Source of the DNA: Candidatus Fraserbacteria bacterium
GTDB lineage: Bacteria; Bipolaricaulota; Bipolaricaulia; RBG-16-55-9; JANLFV01
Reading direction: 5' to 3'
Length of the DNA: 23,773 bases
NCBI GenBank assembly: GCA_037446135.1
Contig: JBBIJD010000004.1
Location: 24,778 to 48,550 of the forward strand
In this document: positions 1 to 8,700 of the stretch, piece by piece
Numbering within the stretch: position 1 is the stretch's first letter
Layout of the letters: every line of letters starts with the position of its first letter
Notes under the pieces: model-generated
Databases searched by the model: none
Told to the model about the DNA's origin: nothing
The model's input: the letters and a program-made list of their open reading frames with translations, nothing else
Made by a program: the position numbers and the translations under genes

Positions 1-140
1 CTGCATTCTTCCCCCTTTCGGGCTTGCTTTGAGGTTAATGTAAGGAGGGGGAGGCAGGGATGACCTCTAAGGTCAGTCCGCCGGAAAGCGGCACCCTCGG
101 GGGAGGTCAGCCGCCCTCGTTCCCTGATCTCCCGCGGGGC

Positions 141-511
141 TCATCTGCCCTTTGCTTCATACAAGGTTAATCCCTCTCTCAGGATCGCCCGGATGAACGG
201 CTCCTCTTCTCTCCTTTCCAGCTCGCCCTCCGTGTAGGGGAAGGGCTCGACCCCGACCCCTAACCCGAGGAAGAGCTTCATGAACTCGGGAATCCGGTCG
301 ATGAACCTCCGCTCATCCTCCTCAAGGACGATCAGAAGGTCGATATCGCTCCCCGGAGCGTAGGTCCCCTTGGCGAAGGAGCCGAAGAGGACGACCCTCT
401 TGATCCGGGGGTCCCTCTCGCCCCGGTGATGGCCCTCGCCTTCAGCCTCTCCATGAGCCTCTCACCGTTCACCGAGAAGATCCTTACAGTATTTGATGAT
501 CTCTCCGGCAT
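141..511 (-). pseudogene. Minimal nucleotidyltransferase (MNT) partner of HEPN, frameshifted
   Basis: The N-terminal part MPERSSNTVRIFSVNGERLMERLKARA (ATG 511) is in one frame. The catalytic part ERDPRIKRVVLFGSFAKGTYAPGSDIDLLIVL...LREGLTLYEAKGR* (GS..DxD motif, stop at 141) is in another frame with no start codon before the GS motif. The shift lies near 420-435. Overlaps the HEPN 3' end. Confidence 0.8.
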
Positions 512-854
512 AGGCATGGGCCTCCTTACCATCCCTCTGAAGGTAGTAATCCTTAGGGGCCCCGCGCTCTAAGGCATTGGGATAGCAAGTAGGGATATAG
601 AACCGGTCCAGGATTATGGCCTTCTCTATCAGTTCGGGAGGGGGCTGAAACCCCTTTGGCAGGCTTCTCAACAGTTCGCTGATCGAGTGGCCGATGGCCT
701 CCCGATGAAGGGATTGGAAGAAGGCTTTCACTGCCTTCTCCGCGGCCTGCTGAGCAGAAAAGCAAGCCCATTCATAATACCCCTCCTTCAAGGCCAGGGC
801 AGAAAGCCCCAGATCCCTCTCAGCTTGTGCGAGCCAATCCCTGCTTCGCTCCAC
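462..854 (-). CDS. HEPN domain protein (COG2250 type), 130 aa
   Basis: GTG at 854 with upstream AAGGAAGGGGG RBS. Motifs WLAQAERDL, YYEWACFSAQQAAEKAVKA, GHSI, LDRFYIPTCYPN. The ORF-track extension to 1031 is probably spurious. Confidence 0.9.
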   Translation of the reverse strand: MERSRDWLAQAERDLGLSALALKEGYYEWACFSAQQAAEKAVKAFFQSLHREAIGHSISELLRSLPKGFQPPPELIEKAIILDRFYIPTCYPNALERGAPKDYYLQRDGKEAHAYAGEIIKYCKDLLGER

Positions 855-969
855 GGACCCCCCTTCCTTTTGGGGAGGATGCTCTGCCCCTTGAAGAAGG
901 AATATTACCCTTGCCAAGGATATCGGACGGCGGGGGAGACCGCAACCATTGGAAGCGGGGGACCTCAAG

Positions 970-2244
970 CTAGAACTCCAGCTTGAGCAGCAGCCTTGCG
1001 CCGAGCATGAACCCCGTGCGGAAGGTGACATCCCCGCGGAGCACGAGGCCGTCCCAGTCTCGACTCAGCCCGAGCCGCTGGCTGTAGAATCCCCCACCGA
1101 GGAACTCCGTGGTGCTCACCAAGCTGAGCCCGCTCTCCAGCTCGAGGCTAGCGGTCAGCCGGTCGGCCAGCCCGGCCTCGGGCGAGAGGAGCAAGAGGTT
1201 CTCCACCTCGAGCTTCCCGACCGCGAACTCCGCCACAAGCTGCTTATAGGGGAAGCTGAAGGCCCCGGTATTGTCGAGGAGCAAGACCTTGAGCTTGAGC
1301 CTGTCCCTCTCCCAGGCGAGGCTGAGCTGCTCTTGGACAAGGCCGAGGCCAGCGGCGAATCGGGCGAGATACTCGATTTGCAGCCCCCGCCAGGAGAAGT
1401 GGGATTCAACCTCCAGCTTGGAGAGTCGGGGGAGCCCGTCGCTCAGCTCGAGGGTCAGCCGGAGGGCGTGCTCACCCCCGAGGAGCTTCAGCCCGACAAG
1501 AGAGAGCTTCTCTTCCTCCAGGGCTAGCCCTTCGACGACCCGACCGGCGAGGAGCCGCTCCTCGGGCTTGCAGACGCCGAAGCATTCCCCGCCTTGGCGA
1601 GCACCGATGTAGGTCGCAGCGGACAATCGCGCTACGGGGGTATACCCCGAGACCTCGAAGATCCCGCCGATCTGAAAGTTCGGCGTCTGCGGTGAGCCGA
1701 GGTCGGCAAAGAGCAGATGGGTCTCGAACAGGACCCCGCCCAGGGCCAGCCAGAAGTCGACGACCTTCTTCCGGAAGATCAGCGGGCCGGTGAGCGTCGG
1801 GCTGAGGAGTCTGGCAAGGTCGAACCCGCTCACCGGGTCCTGGAAGAAGAGGGCCAGTGGGACCCCGACGAGTCCGCCGGTGTCGGGGCTGGCGAAGACG
1901 ATGGTATTCAACAGATCATCGTCGAATTCGATGATATTCGGGGCAAGGATGAAGGTGTCCTCTAGGGCGACCCCGTTCTGGAAGCCCCAACTGAGCCGGG
2001 AGAATTGAAGCCCACCGATGCTGAGGACGGTCGTATTGTTGATCCATAGGCCGCTGAGGTAGAGATCGAGATTGAGGACCCCTTCCATATCGAACCAGAA
2101 CTTGGAGGCCTCGCTCTCCACCAAGACCGGCTCGCCGGCCAAGATCGCGGTGAAGTCTCCTTCGAGCTCCATCGCCTGAGCCGTAGCCCCAAGGCCGAGC
2201 AGTAGCAAGCCAATTATCAGAAGATGGCGACGCATCTCCCTCAC
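970..2244 (-). CDS. Putative outer-membrane beta-barrel protein of unknown function
   Basis: Signal peptide (MRRHLLIIGLLLLGLGATAQA), many alternating-hydrophobic beta segments, C-terminal GARLLLKLEF ending in Phe. GTGA overlap with the upstream gene; alternative start ATG 2235. Confidence 0.65.
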   Translation of the reverse strand: MREMRRHLLIIGLLLLGLGATAQAMELEGDFTAILAGEPVLVESEASKFWFDMEGVLNLDLYLSGLWINNTTVLSIGGLQFSRLSWGFQNGVALEDTFILAPNIIEFDDDLLNTIVFASPDTGGLVGVPLALFFQDPVSGFDLARLLSPTLTGPLIFRKKVVDFWLALGGVLFETHLLFADLGSPQTPNFQIGGIFEVSGYTPVARLSAATYIGARQGGECFGVCKPEERLLAGRVVEGLALEEEKLSLVGLKLLGGEHALRLTLELSDGLPRLSKLEVESHFSWRGLQIEYLARFAAGLGLVQEQLSLAWERDRLKLKVLLLDNTGAFSFPYKQLVAEFAVGKLEVENLLLLSPEAGLADRLTASLELESGLSLVSTTEFLGGGFYSQRLGLSRDWDGLVLRGDVTFRTGFMLGARLLLKLEF

Positions 2245-2744
2245 CTCACCTTTGCCTCTCCTGGAATGATCCCCGCGAGTGGGATGTCCTTGTCATTCCG
2301 ATCAGCCAGGACATCGACGGCCGTGATCGCCAGCGAGCAGCTTGAGCCGCTCGCCCCGACTGCCTGGACCTCCAACTCGACGAGCCCGAGCTCGGTCCCG
2401 CCGAAGAGATTGAAGATCGGTCCGAGCGACCCCCCGGGGAAGCCAGCGGCGAACCGCACATACCCGCTGAGGTTGTTGATCGTCACGGAGAGGACCTGGA
2501 AACCGTTGAGTCCTTGGACATCTGTGATTTGGATCACCGTCGGGTCGAAGGTGAAGGCCCCCGCCGGACCGACTTGGATCGTCTTTAGGTCGGGAGGGTT
2601 AATGGCCTTGATAGCGACCGTCCCCGTCCCGCCCGGGGCGAGGCTCACCTCAGTCACCTTGAGCTTCACATTCCCCGGCCCTTGGCAACCGCTGAGGAGG
2701 CCGAGGGCCAAGACTAACGGCAAGAGCCAGCCGAATCGCCTCAT
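2241..2744 (-). CDS. Lipoprotein with a single cohesin-like domain, 167 aa
   Basis: ATG 2744 with GGGGAGG RBS. Lipobox LALGLLSG-C. Cohesin-like pattern VSLAPGGTGTVAI...FTFDPTVIQITDV...INNLSGYVRF...LVELEVQAVG, homologous to the domains in the two upstream proteins. Confidence 0.75.
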   Translation of the reverse strand: MRRFGWLLPLVLALGLLSGCQGPGNVKLKVTEVSLAPGGTGTVAIKAINPPDLKTIQVGPAGAFTFDPTVIQITDVQGLNGFQVLSVTINNLSGYVRFAAGFPGGSLGPIFNLFGGTELGLVELEVQAVGASGSSCSLAITAVDVLADRNDKDIPLAGIIPGEAKVR

Positions 2745-2757
2745 CGCACACCTCCCC

Positions 2758-5706
2758 TCATCGCAAGACCAGGACCTTCCTAATCCTGTCCACCACGATC
2801 TTCCCGTCCACCCCCCGGACGCGAATGAGATAGAGATAGACCCCATTGGCCACGACTCGGCCGCGCCGATCCATTAAATTCCAGTCAAGGCTGCCTCCGG
2901 GGACCCAGCCGCTGGTGAAGACCTCTCGCCCGGAGAGGTCGAAGACCCGGAGCTCGAGCCCGCTGATCCCCCGGCCGAGGACGGTGAATCGGACCTGGCC
3001 TCCCACAAGCCGGAGAGCACGGACTCCTGCTAGTTCCAGGCCCTCGAGGCGGAGCAGCCCCTCCTCGACCTGGGCCTGGGGGATGAGCTTCCGCCCGCTA
3101 CTGTCCAGGATGAGGTCGGGCTCAAGCCTCAGGGGGCTCGCTTGGCCCATCAGGCCGACGGCCTCGACCTGCAGCTCGATGAGCGGCCCACCGCCCCCGC
3201 TCCGCCGATCCTCAGAGATGATGAGGAACCTCACCTCCCCCACAGAGTTATCGATCGCGCTCGCCAGGAGTTTATATGGTCCGACCGCCTCCAGTCCCCT
3301 TACCCTAAGGACCGTGGGATCGAAGGCCAAGCTCCCCACTGGGCCGACCTGGACCCCGCCTAGACTACGGTCGCTGGAGATTTGGATCGTCCCCCTCCCG
3401 CCGGGAGGGAGGGAATACTGGCCCAATGAGAGCCCCACAGGCCGACCACTCGCGGGCTCAGTCCGAGAGGGCACGACCGCCCCGCCCACTTCCGGGCAGC
3501 CCGGGCGGATGCCGATGGCGATCTCGGCGATCAGCACGGCATCGCGGATGTCGATCGCCCCGAAGGGGGCGGTGAGGTCCGCGAGGTAGCGCTGGAGGGC
3601 CGTCTCGGGGAGGCGGATTCCCAGGGCAAAGTCGGCCGCCAGCCTAGCATCGGCGAGATCGACCACCCCGTCTTGATTTACATCCCCAGCGGAGAAGAGA
3701 TGGCCGTCAGGATCAATGACGCAGACCACATGGGAGATCAGCGTCTCCGTCGGGTCCTCTGCGCCGGGGTAGTCAGGGTCGTCGGTCAGCACCGGCGGGA
3801 AGTTCGTGCTGAAGATCATCCCCTGATCGGCGACAGCGAAGGTTCCGGGCGGGAGGATCGCGTTGATCTCGACCTGAAAGCGGATCGTCACCGTCGCCCC
3901 CGGAGGGAGGAGCCCGAAGGTCACGGTGACCGGCGGGCCGAGGGCCCCGGTGCAGCCGGGGCAGTCGGAGAGATCCAAGCTCTCCCGGAGTAGCGTTGTA
4001 TTCGGGTCCGGCGAGTCGATGAAGGCCAGATCGAGGGCCGCGACCTCGCCAAGGTTGCTGATCGTGATGGTATATTCCAGGGTATCGCCGGGGCTTGCCA
4101 GCCCGTCCCCATCGGCATCGTGGAGGAGGGAGTCGCCTTTCTCCGCCAGGATGAGCGGCTCCTCAGGGAAGAGCGGTGTCGGGGTGAGGATGAGGATGGC
4201 CCAGATCGTCGCTAGGATACTGCCACTCCCCGGGACATTCCCGAGGGTCCACTCCCCGTCCGGCCAGCTCCCATCAGTGTTTTGGGTCTCGACGAGGAAG
4301 CTGGCATAGTCCACATACCAATCGAGCCCGCCGGGATCGTCGAGCGGATTGATGTATTGGATCCCGAGGAGCCGGAAGGCCCGCTCAACCCCATACATCG
4401 CATAATAATTCGTCTTATTCTCGTTCTCAGGGCTCCCCTTATTCATGGCGATCCCAGAGTTGTCCTCGGGCACCTCCCAGTTCCGGGAGATATAGTCGAT
4501 CGCGGCCCTGGCTCGCGGGGTGAACTTATTATCCGCACAGTAATACATCTCGAGGAGCAAGGCCGCGGTCATGGCGATGTTGATCCGCGTCTCCCTTCCG
4601 GACAGATACCATGAGCCGCCGTCATTCCCGTCTCCATCGCTGGGATCCTGGATATGGCCGATCCAATACTCCAGCTCATCGCGGACGAACTGGGGCGTCT
4701 CAAGGCCCCACTCCTCGGCATAGATCAGCCCTAGGAGCGGCCACTGGGAGACGGAGTTGTCACTCGAATCATAGTTCGGCCTATACCTCCAGCCGCCGCG
4801 CTCATAGCCCTCGGTGGAGCGGGCCTCGTTCTGGGCATAGGCGATATAGTCCACAGCATCCCGGATCACCTCGCGGTAGGTCCAGCCGTCGACGAGCGAG
4901 CCCGGGAGATCGACCGGCGAATCGCTGACCTCAACCCTGCACTCGGGGCAGCCGCTGGCGACGATCGCCGTCATAGCGATCCCTGTAGTATAAAGGGGCG
5001 AGGAGCCCTCGACCGCGAAGTAAAGGCCCAGCCCATCACCGTCAGTATCGGGATCTCCGGCGGATTGGACCTCCATCGCCTCGCTCTGGGCATGGGAGAA
5101 GATATAGTCGAGCCCGACCTGGACCAGCTCGGTGTAGATGTCCTCATCGGGGTCGGCTGTCGGGAGATGGCCCTGGATCTCGTAGGCAAGGATCGCCTCG
5201 GCAAAGATGGCTAAAGTCCAATCATTATCATCGAGGGGCAGCTCGCCGACGACATAGGGCATGGCGATCAAATAGAGCCAGCGGAGCCCGTCCTCGATAG
5301 CGATGTTCACCTTTACCTGAAGGACCTGGGCCGGGGTGAGCGCGCTGGAGTCGATGACCCCGATCTTCACCCGATCGGTGTCTAGATTGATCCCATCGCT
5401 GACCGTGAGGGTGGCGACATAGATGGAGAAGGTCTCCCCCGGCCGGTTGACATAGGTGTGGGTCGCAGGGATGTAATAGTCCTGGCTGACCGGGCCGGAG
5501 ACCGGCGGGCTCCCGTCCCCGAAGTTCCAGGTATAGCTCAGCGGGCCGGCCCCTTCGGCATTCCCCCAGAGGATCAGCTCCTCCCCCGCCCAGGCATACC
5601 GATCGGGCATGGTGTTAACCCGCAGCACCAGCCCGGCGAGGCCAGGGACCGAAGCCAGAAGGAGTGCCATGACCGCCGGGATCGCCAACCTCGAGCGGAC
5701 GACCAT
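2758..5706 (-). CDS. Secreted modular protein, 982 aa: PKD, prenyltransferase/squalene-cyclase-like (alpha/alpha) barrel, DUF11, dockerin, cohesin, T9SS/FlgD-like CTD
   Basis: ATG 5706 with AAGGAGGGG RBS and signal peptide. PKD motif YTWNFGDGSP. Barrel motifs GGWRY, SDNSVSQW, QNTDGSW. DUF11 motif PGDTLEYTITISNLG. Dockerin GDVNQDGVVDLADA...IDIRDAV. Cohesin LAFDPTVL...IDNSVGEVRF. CTD VFDLSGREV...VANGVYLYLIRV...KVLVLR. Confidence 0.8.
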   Translation of the reverse strand: MVVRSRLAIPAVMALLLASVPGLAGLVLRVNTMPDRYAWAGEELILWGNAEGAGPLSYTWNFGDGSPPVSGPVSQDYYIPATHTYVNRPGETFSIYVATLTVSDGINLDTDRVKIGVIDSSALTPAQVLQVKVNIAIEDGLRWLYLIAMPYVVGELPLDDNDWTLAIFAEAILAYEIQGHLPTADPDEDIYTELVQVGLDYIFSHAQSEAMEVQSAGDPDTDGDGLGLYFAVEGSSPLYTTGIAMTAIVASGCPECRVEVSDSPVDLPGSLVDGWTYREVIRDAVDYIAYAQNEARSTEGYERGGWRYRPNYDSSDNSVSQWPLLGLIYAEEWGLETPQFVRDELEYWIGHIQDPSDGDGNDGGSWYLSGRETRINIAMTAALLLEMYYCADNKFTPRARAAIDYISRNWEVPEDNSGIAMNKGSPENENKTNYYAMYGVERAFRLLGIQYINPLDDPGGLDWYVDYASFLVETQNTDGSWPDGEWTLGNVPGSGSILATIWAILILTPTPLFPEEPLILAEKGDSLLHDADGDGLASPGDTLEYTITISNLGEVAALDLAFIDSPDPNTTLLRESLDLSDCPGCTGALGPPVTVTFGLLPPGATVTIRFQVEINAILPPGTFAVADQGMIFSTNFPPVLTDDPDYPGAEDPTETLISHVVCVIDPDGHLFSAGDVNQDGVVDLADARLAADFALGIRLPETALQRYLADLTAPFGAIDIRDAVLIAEIAIGIRPGCPEVGGAVVPSRTEPASGRPVGLSLGQYSLPPGGRGTIQISSDRSLGGVQVGPVGSLAFDPTVLRVRGLEAVGPYKLLASAIDNSVGEVRFLIISEDRRSGGGGPLIELQVEAVGLMGQASPLRLEPDLILDSSGRKLIPQAQVEEGLLRLEGLELAGVRALRLVGGQVRFTVLGRGISGLELRVFDLSGREVFTSGWVPGGSLDWNLMDRRGRVVANGVYLYLIRVRGVDGKIVVDRIRKVLVLR

Positions 5707-5780
5707 CGCCCCTCCTTTTGATTTCCAGTCTACAGCGGCACTCCAGGCCCCGTGAGTAATGCATATCACCCTCGCTCGCC

Positions 5781-8700
5781 TTACTTTAGGATCACCAGCT
5801 TCTGGACCCGGCTCCGGATGGTCTCACCGCTGTAGCCTCGGACCTCGATCAAGTAGAGGTAGACCCCATTGGCCACGGGCTGGCCGCGGTCGTTTCGCAG
5901 CCCCCACTCGAGACTCGCTCCAGCGGTCCAGCCGCTCTCGAAGACCCGCTGTCCCGCGAGGTCGAAGACCTGAACCCGGACCGCCTCGATCCCCTGGCCG
6001 AGGGCAATGAACCGCGCCGCTTGGCTGATCGGGCTCAGGACATTGAAGGCCCGCTCGAGCACTAGCGGGGGCGGCGTGCCGATCGTGATGAGGGCCACAG
6101 CGACCTCCTGGCCTTGAGCATCGAGGGCCAGGTCCGCGCTCAGACTGAGCTTAGCGAGCGCCTCCCCAGTCGGGGGAGCGGCGAGCTCGATCTCCAGGAG
6201 TTCGCCCGCCTGGGGCTCACCGAGCGCGAGGAGCATGAATCGCGCCTCGCCATGCTCGTTATCGATCTGGCTCACCAGGACCCGATACGGCCCGAGCCCA
6301 CGGATAGCCTCGAGCTGGATCGCCTTGGGATCGAACCGCAGAGCACCCATCGGGCCGACCTGTAGCCCGAGGAGGGGCCGCGCGGCCCGGAGGAGGAGCT
6401 TGGCCCCGCTCGCTTCCTCCACCGATAGCGTGATAGTTCCCGCGGCCCTCCCCATCCCCTGAAGTGACGGGGGCGGCTCGGCCCCGCTCCCGCCCGTCTC
6501 CGCGAGATACCCCGGCGGGCAGTAAGGGGGCGTGATCCCGAGGGCATACTCCGCGACCCTGATGGCATCGCGGATATCGATCACACCCAACGGGAGGGCC
6601 ACATCGGCCACGCCCTTCTGGATCGGCGTGGGGCTCGCCAGCCCTAGGGCGAACTGGGCGATGAGCTGGGCATCGGCCAGGTCGATCCTCCCGTCCTGGT
6701 TCACATCGCCGACCCAAATCCCCCCAGGAGGGTCGAACCCAGCGCAGTTGAGGGCCACGACCGTCGTGGCCTCGGAATCGTCGGCTTCGGCCCCCTCGGC
6801 AGAGGTGATCCGGACCTCATCATGGAGGATCGTCCCGTTGGGGAGCCCTGGGGCGACTCGGACAGCCACGAGGATCGTTCTCGCAGCCCCCGGTGCAAGA
6901 TTCCCGATCGTCCATTGATCGTCCGTGCCAGGGTCCGGAGAAGGCGCGGCTGAGACGAATGTGACATTCGGGTCGTAGGTCTCGGTGAGCACCACCCCAG
7001 TGAGCATCGTCCCGCTGAGGTTCTGGTAGGTGACAGTGTAGGTGACCGTCCCGCCGGGATAGACGGCATCGAGGAGGTCCTCCTTGGTCACGACCAGGGC
7101 CGGATCGTCCCGCGTCTCGGCGGTAGCGCAGCTCGGGCCGTAGCCGCCCCCACCGGGGTCCTGCCAGACCGCGCAGGCCGAGTCCACGAGGACCTTCCCC
7201 GCGGGGAGGCCGAAGGCCACTCTCACCGTCAGGGAGACCGAGCTGCACTCGTCGGGCGCGATCGTCCCCAAGTCCCAAGTGACTACCCCATCAGTGTATG
7301 TCCCCGGAGGGTTGGAGCTGAGATAGTCAAGGCCGATCGGCAGGAGGTCCTGGAGGACTACATTCTCAGCCGTGGTCCCGCTGAGGTTGCAGACCTCAAT
7401 GGTATAAGTTAGTTGATCGCCCTGGTAAGCCCTCGTCGGCCCGATCTTGCTGATCACGAGGGTCGGTGAAGTATGGCTCATCGTCTCCCAATCATCGCTC
7501 ACCGGGCCGTAGTCGTTCCCCGCGGCATCGCGCCAGAGGGCCTCGGCAATGTCCACCAACGGGGTCCCGTCCGGGACGGTCCCATCCACGGTCACGGTCA
7601 GAGTAATGGTCCGGCAGGCTCCGGCATTGAGTGTCCCCAAGCTCCAGGTGACCGTCCGCGTCCCCGGATCGTAGGAGCCGCTCGGGCTGGAGCTGTTATA
7701 GTTTAATCCTTCGGGGAGATGATCGCTCACGGTCGCATTGAGCGCGGCGGTCCCACCGAGATTGCAGATCTCGATGGTGTAGCTGAAGCTCTTCCCCGGA
7801 TAGGCTACCGCCGGGCCGGACTTGGCCAGTGAGAGCTGCGGCCCCGTGTAAATGGTCGTCTCCGCTGTATCTGTCGCCGGACCGAAGCTCCGCCCGAGCC
7901 CGTCCTGCCAGGCGACGGAGACCGTATCGACCAGGGTGGTGTTGTTCCCAACGGTGCTCTCGACTCTCACGGTGAGAGAGATCTCCGCCACACCAGAAGG
8001 GGGGATCCTCCCCAAGCTCCAGGTGATCACCGTGGTCCCAACCCCCGGCGGATTGGAGCTGACATAGCTGAGCCCGATCGGGAGGAGGTCCGTGACCGTC
8101 ACATTCTGGGCCGCCGTCCCCCCGAGGTTCTGGACCCTAATGGTGTAGGTGAGGAGCTCGCCCGGATGGGCCTGCCCCGGGCCGGCCTTGTCGACCTTCA
8201 GCAGGGGGTAAGTATGGACGGTCGTCTCACAGGTCGCCTCAACAGGGCCGCCGCCGGCCCAGGTCACGCTGAACCTATCGGTCAGGACCGTATTATTCGG
8301 GATGGAAGGGTCGAGGTAGACCGCCAGCCAGCCGGGGATGCAGCCGCCCGGGGGGAGATCCGGGAGATACCAGGTGACTGTATTGGTTTCCGGATCATAG
8401 ATTGCAGTGTGGCTCGAGCTGACGAAGGTCGCCCCCGGAGGGAGATAATCGACCAGGACGACATTTGTGGCGATGCTCCCGCCGACATTGCACAGTGTCC
8501 CGGTATAGGTGATCGTGGAATCGACGGTCGCCTCCGCCGGGCCGGACTTGGTGATCGTGAGTTGGGGTTGAGTGTAGACCTCGGTATCCCAGCTAGCGGT
8601 GACCGGGCCATAGGAATTCCCATTGTCCCGCCATGTGACACTAGAGGTATTGGTGAGCATCCCTGCACCTGTAGCTCGGACAGTCACGGTAACGGTCCGC

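Noticed and set aside
141..854. HEPN-MNT fusion by TGA readthrough, since the MNT core is in frame with HEPN
   Set aside because: The typical MNT N-terminus (VRIFSVNGERLMERLK) lies in a different frame, so a frameshifted separate gene is the simpler explanation.
4935..4960. GCPEC as an alpha-2-macroglobulin thioester motif
   Set aside because: A thioester needs CxEQ and the Gln is absent; more likely a CxxC disulfide.
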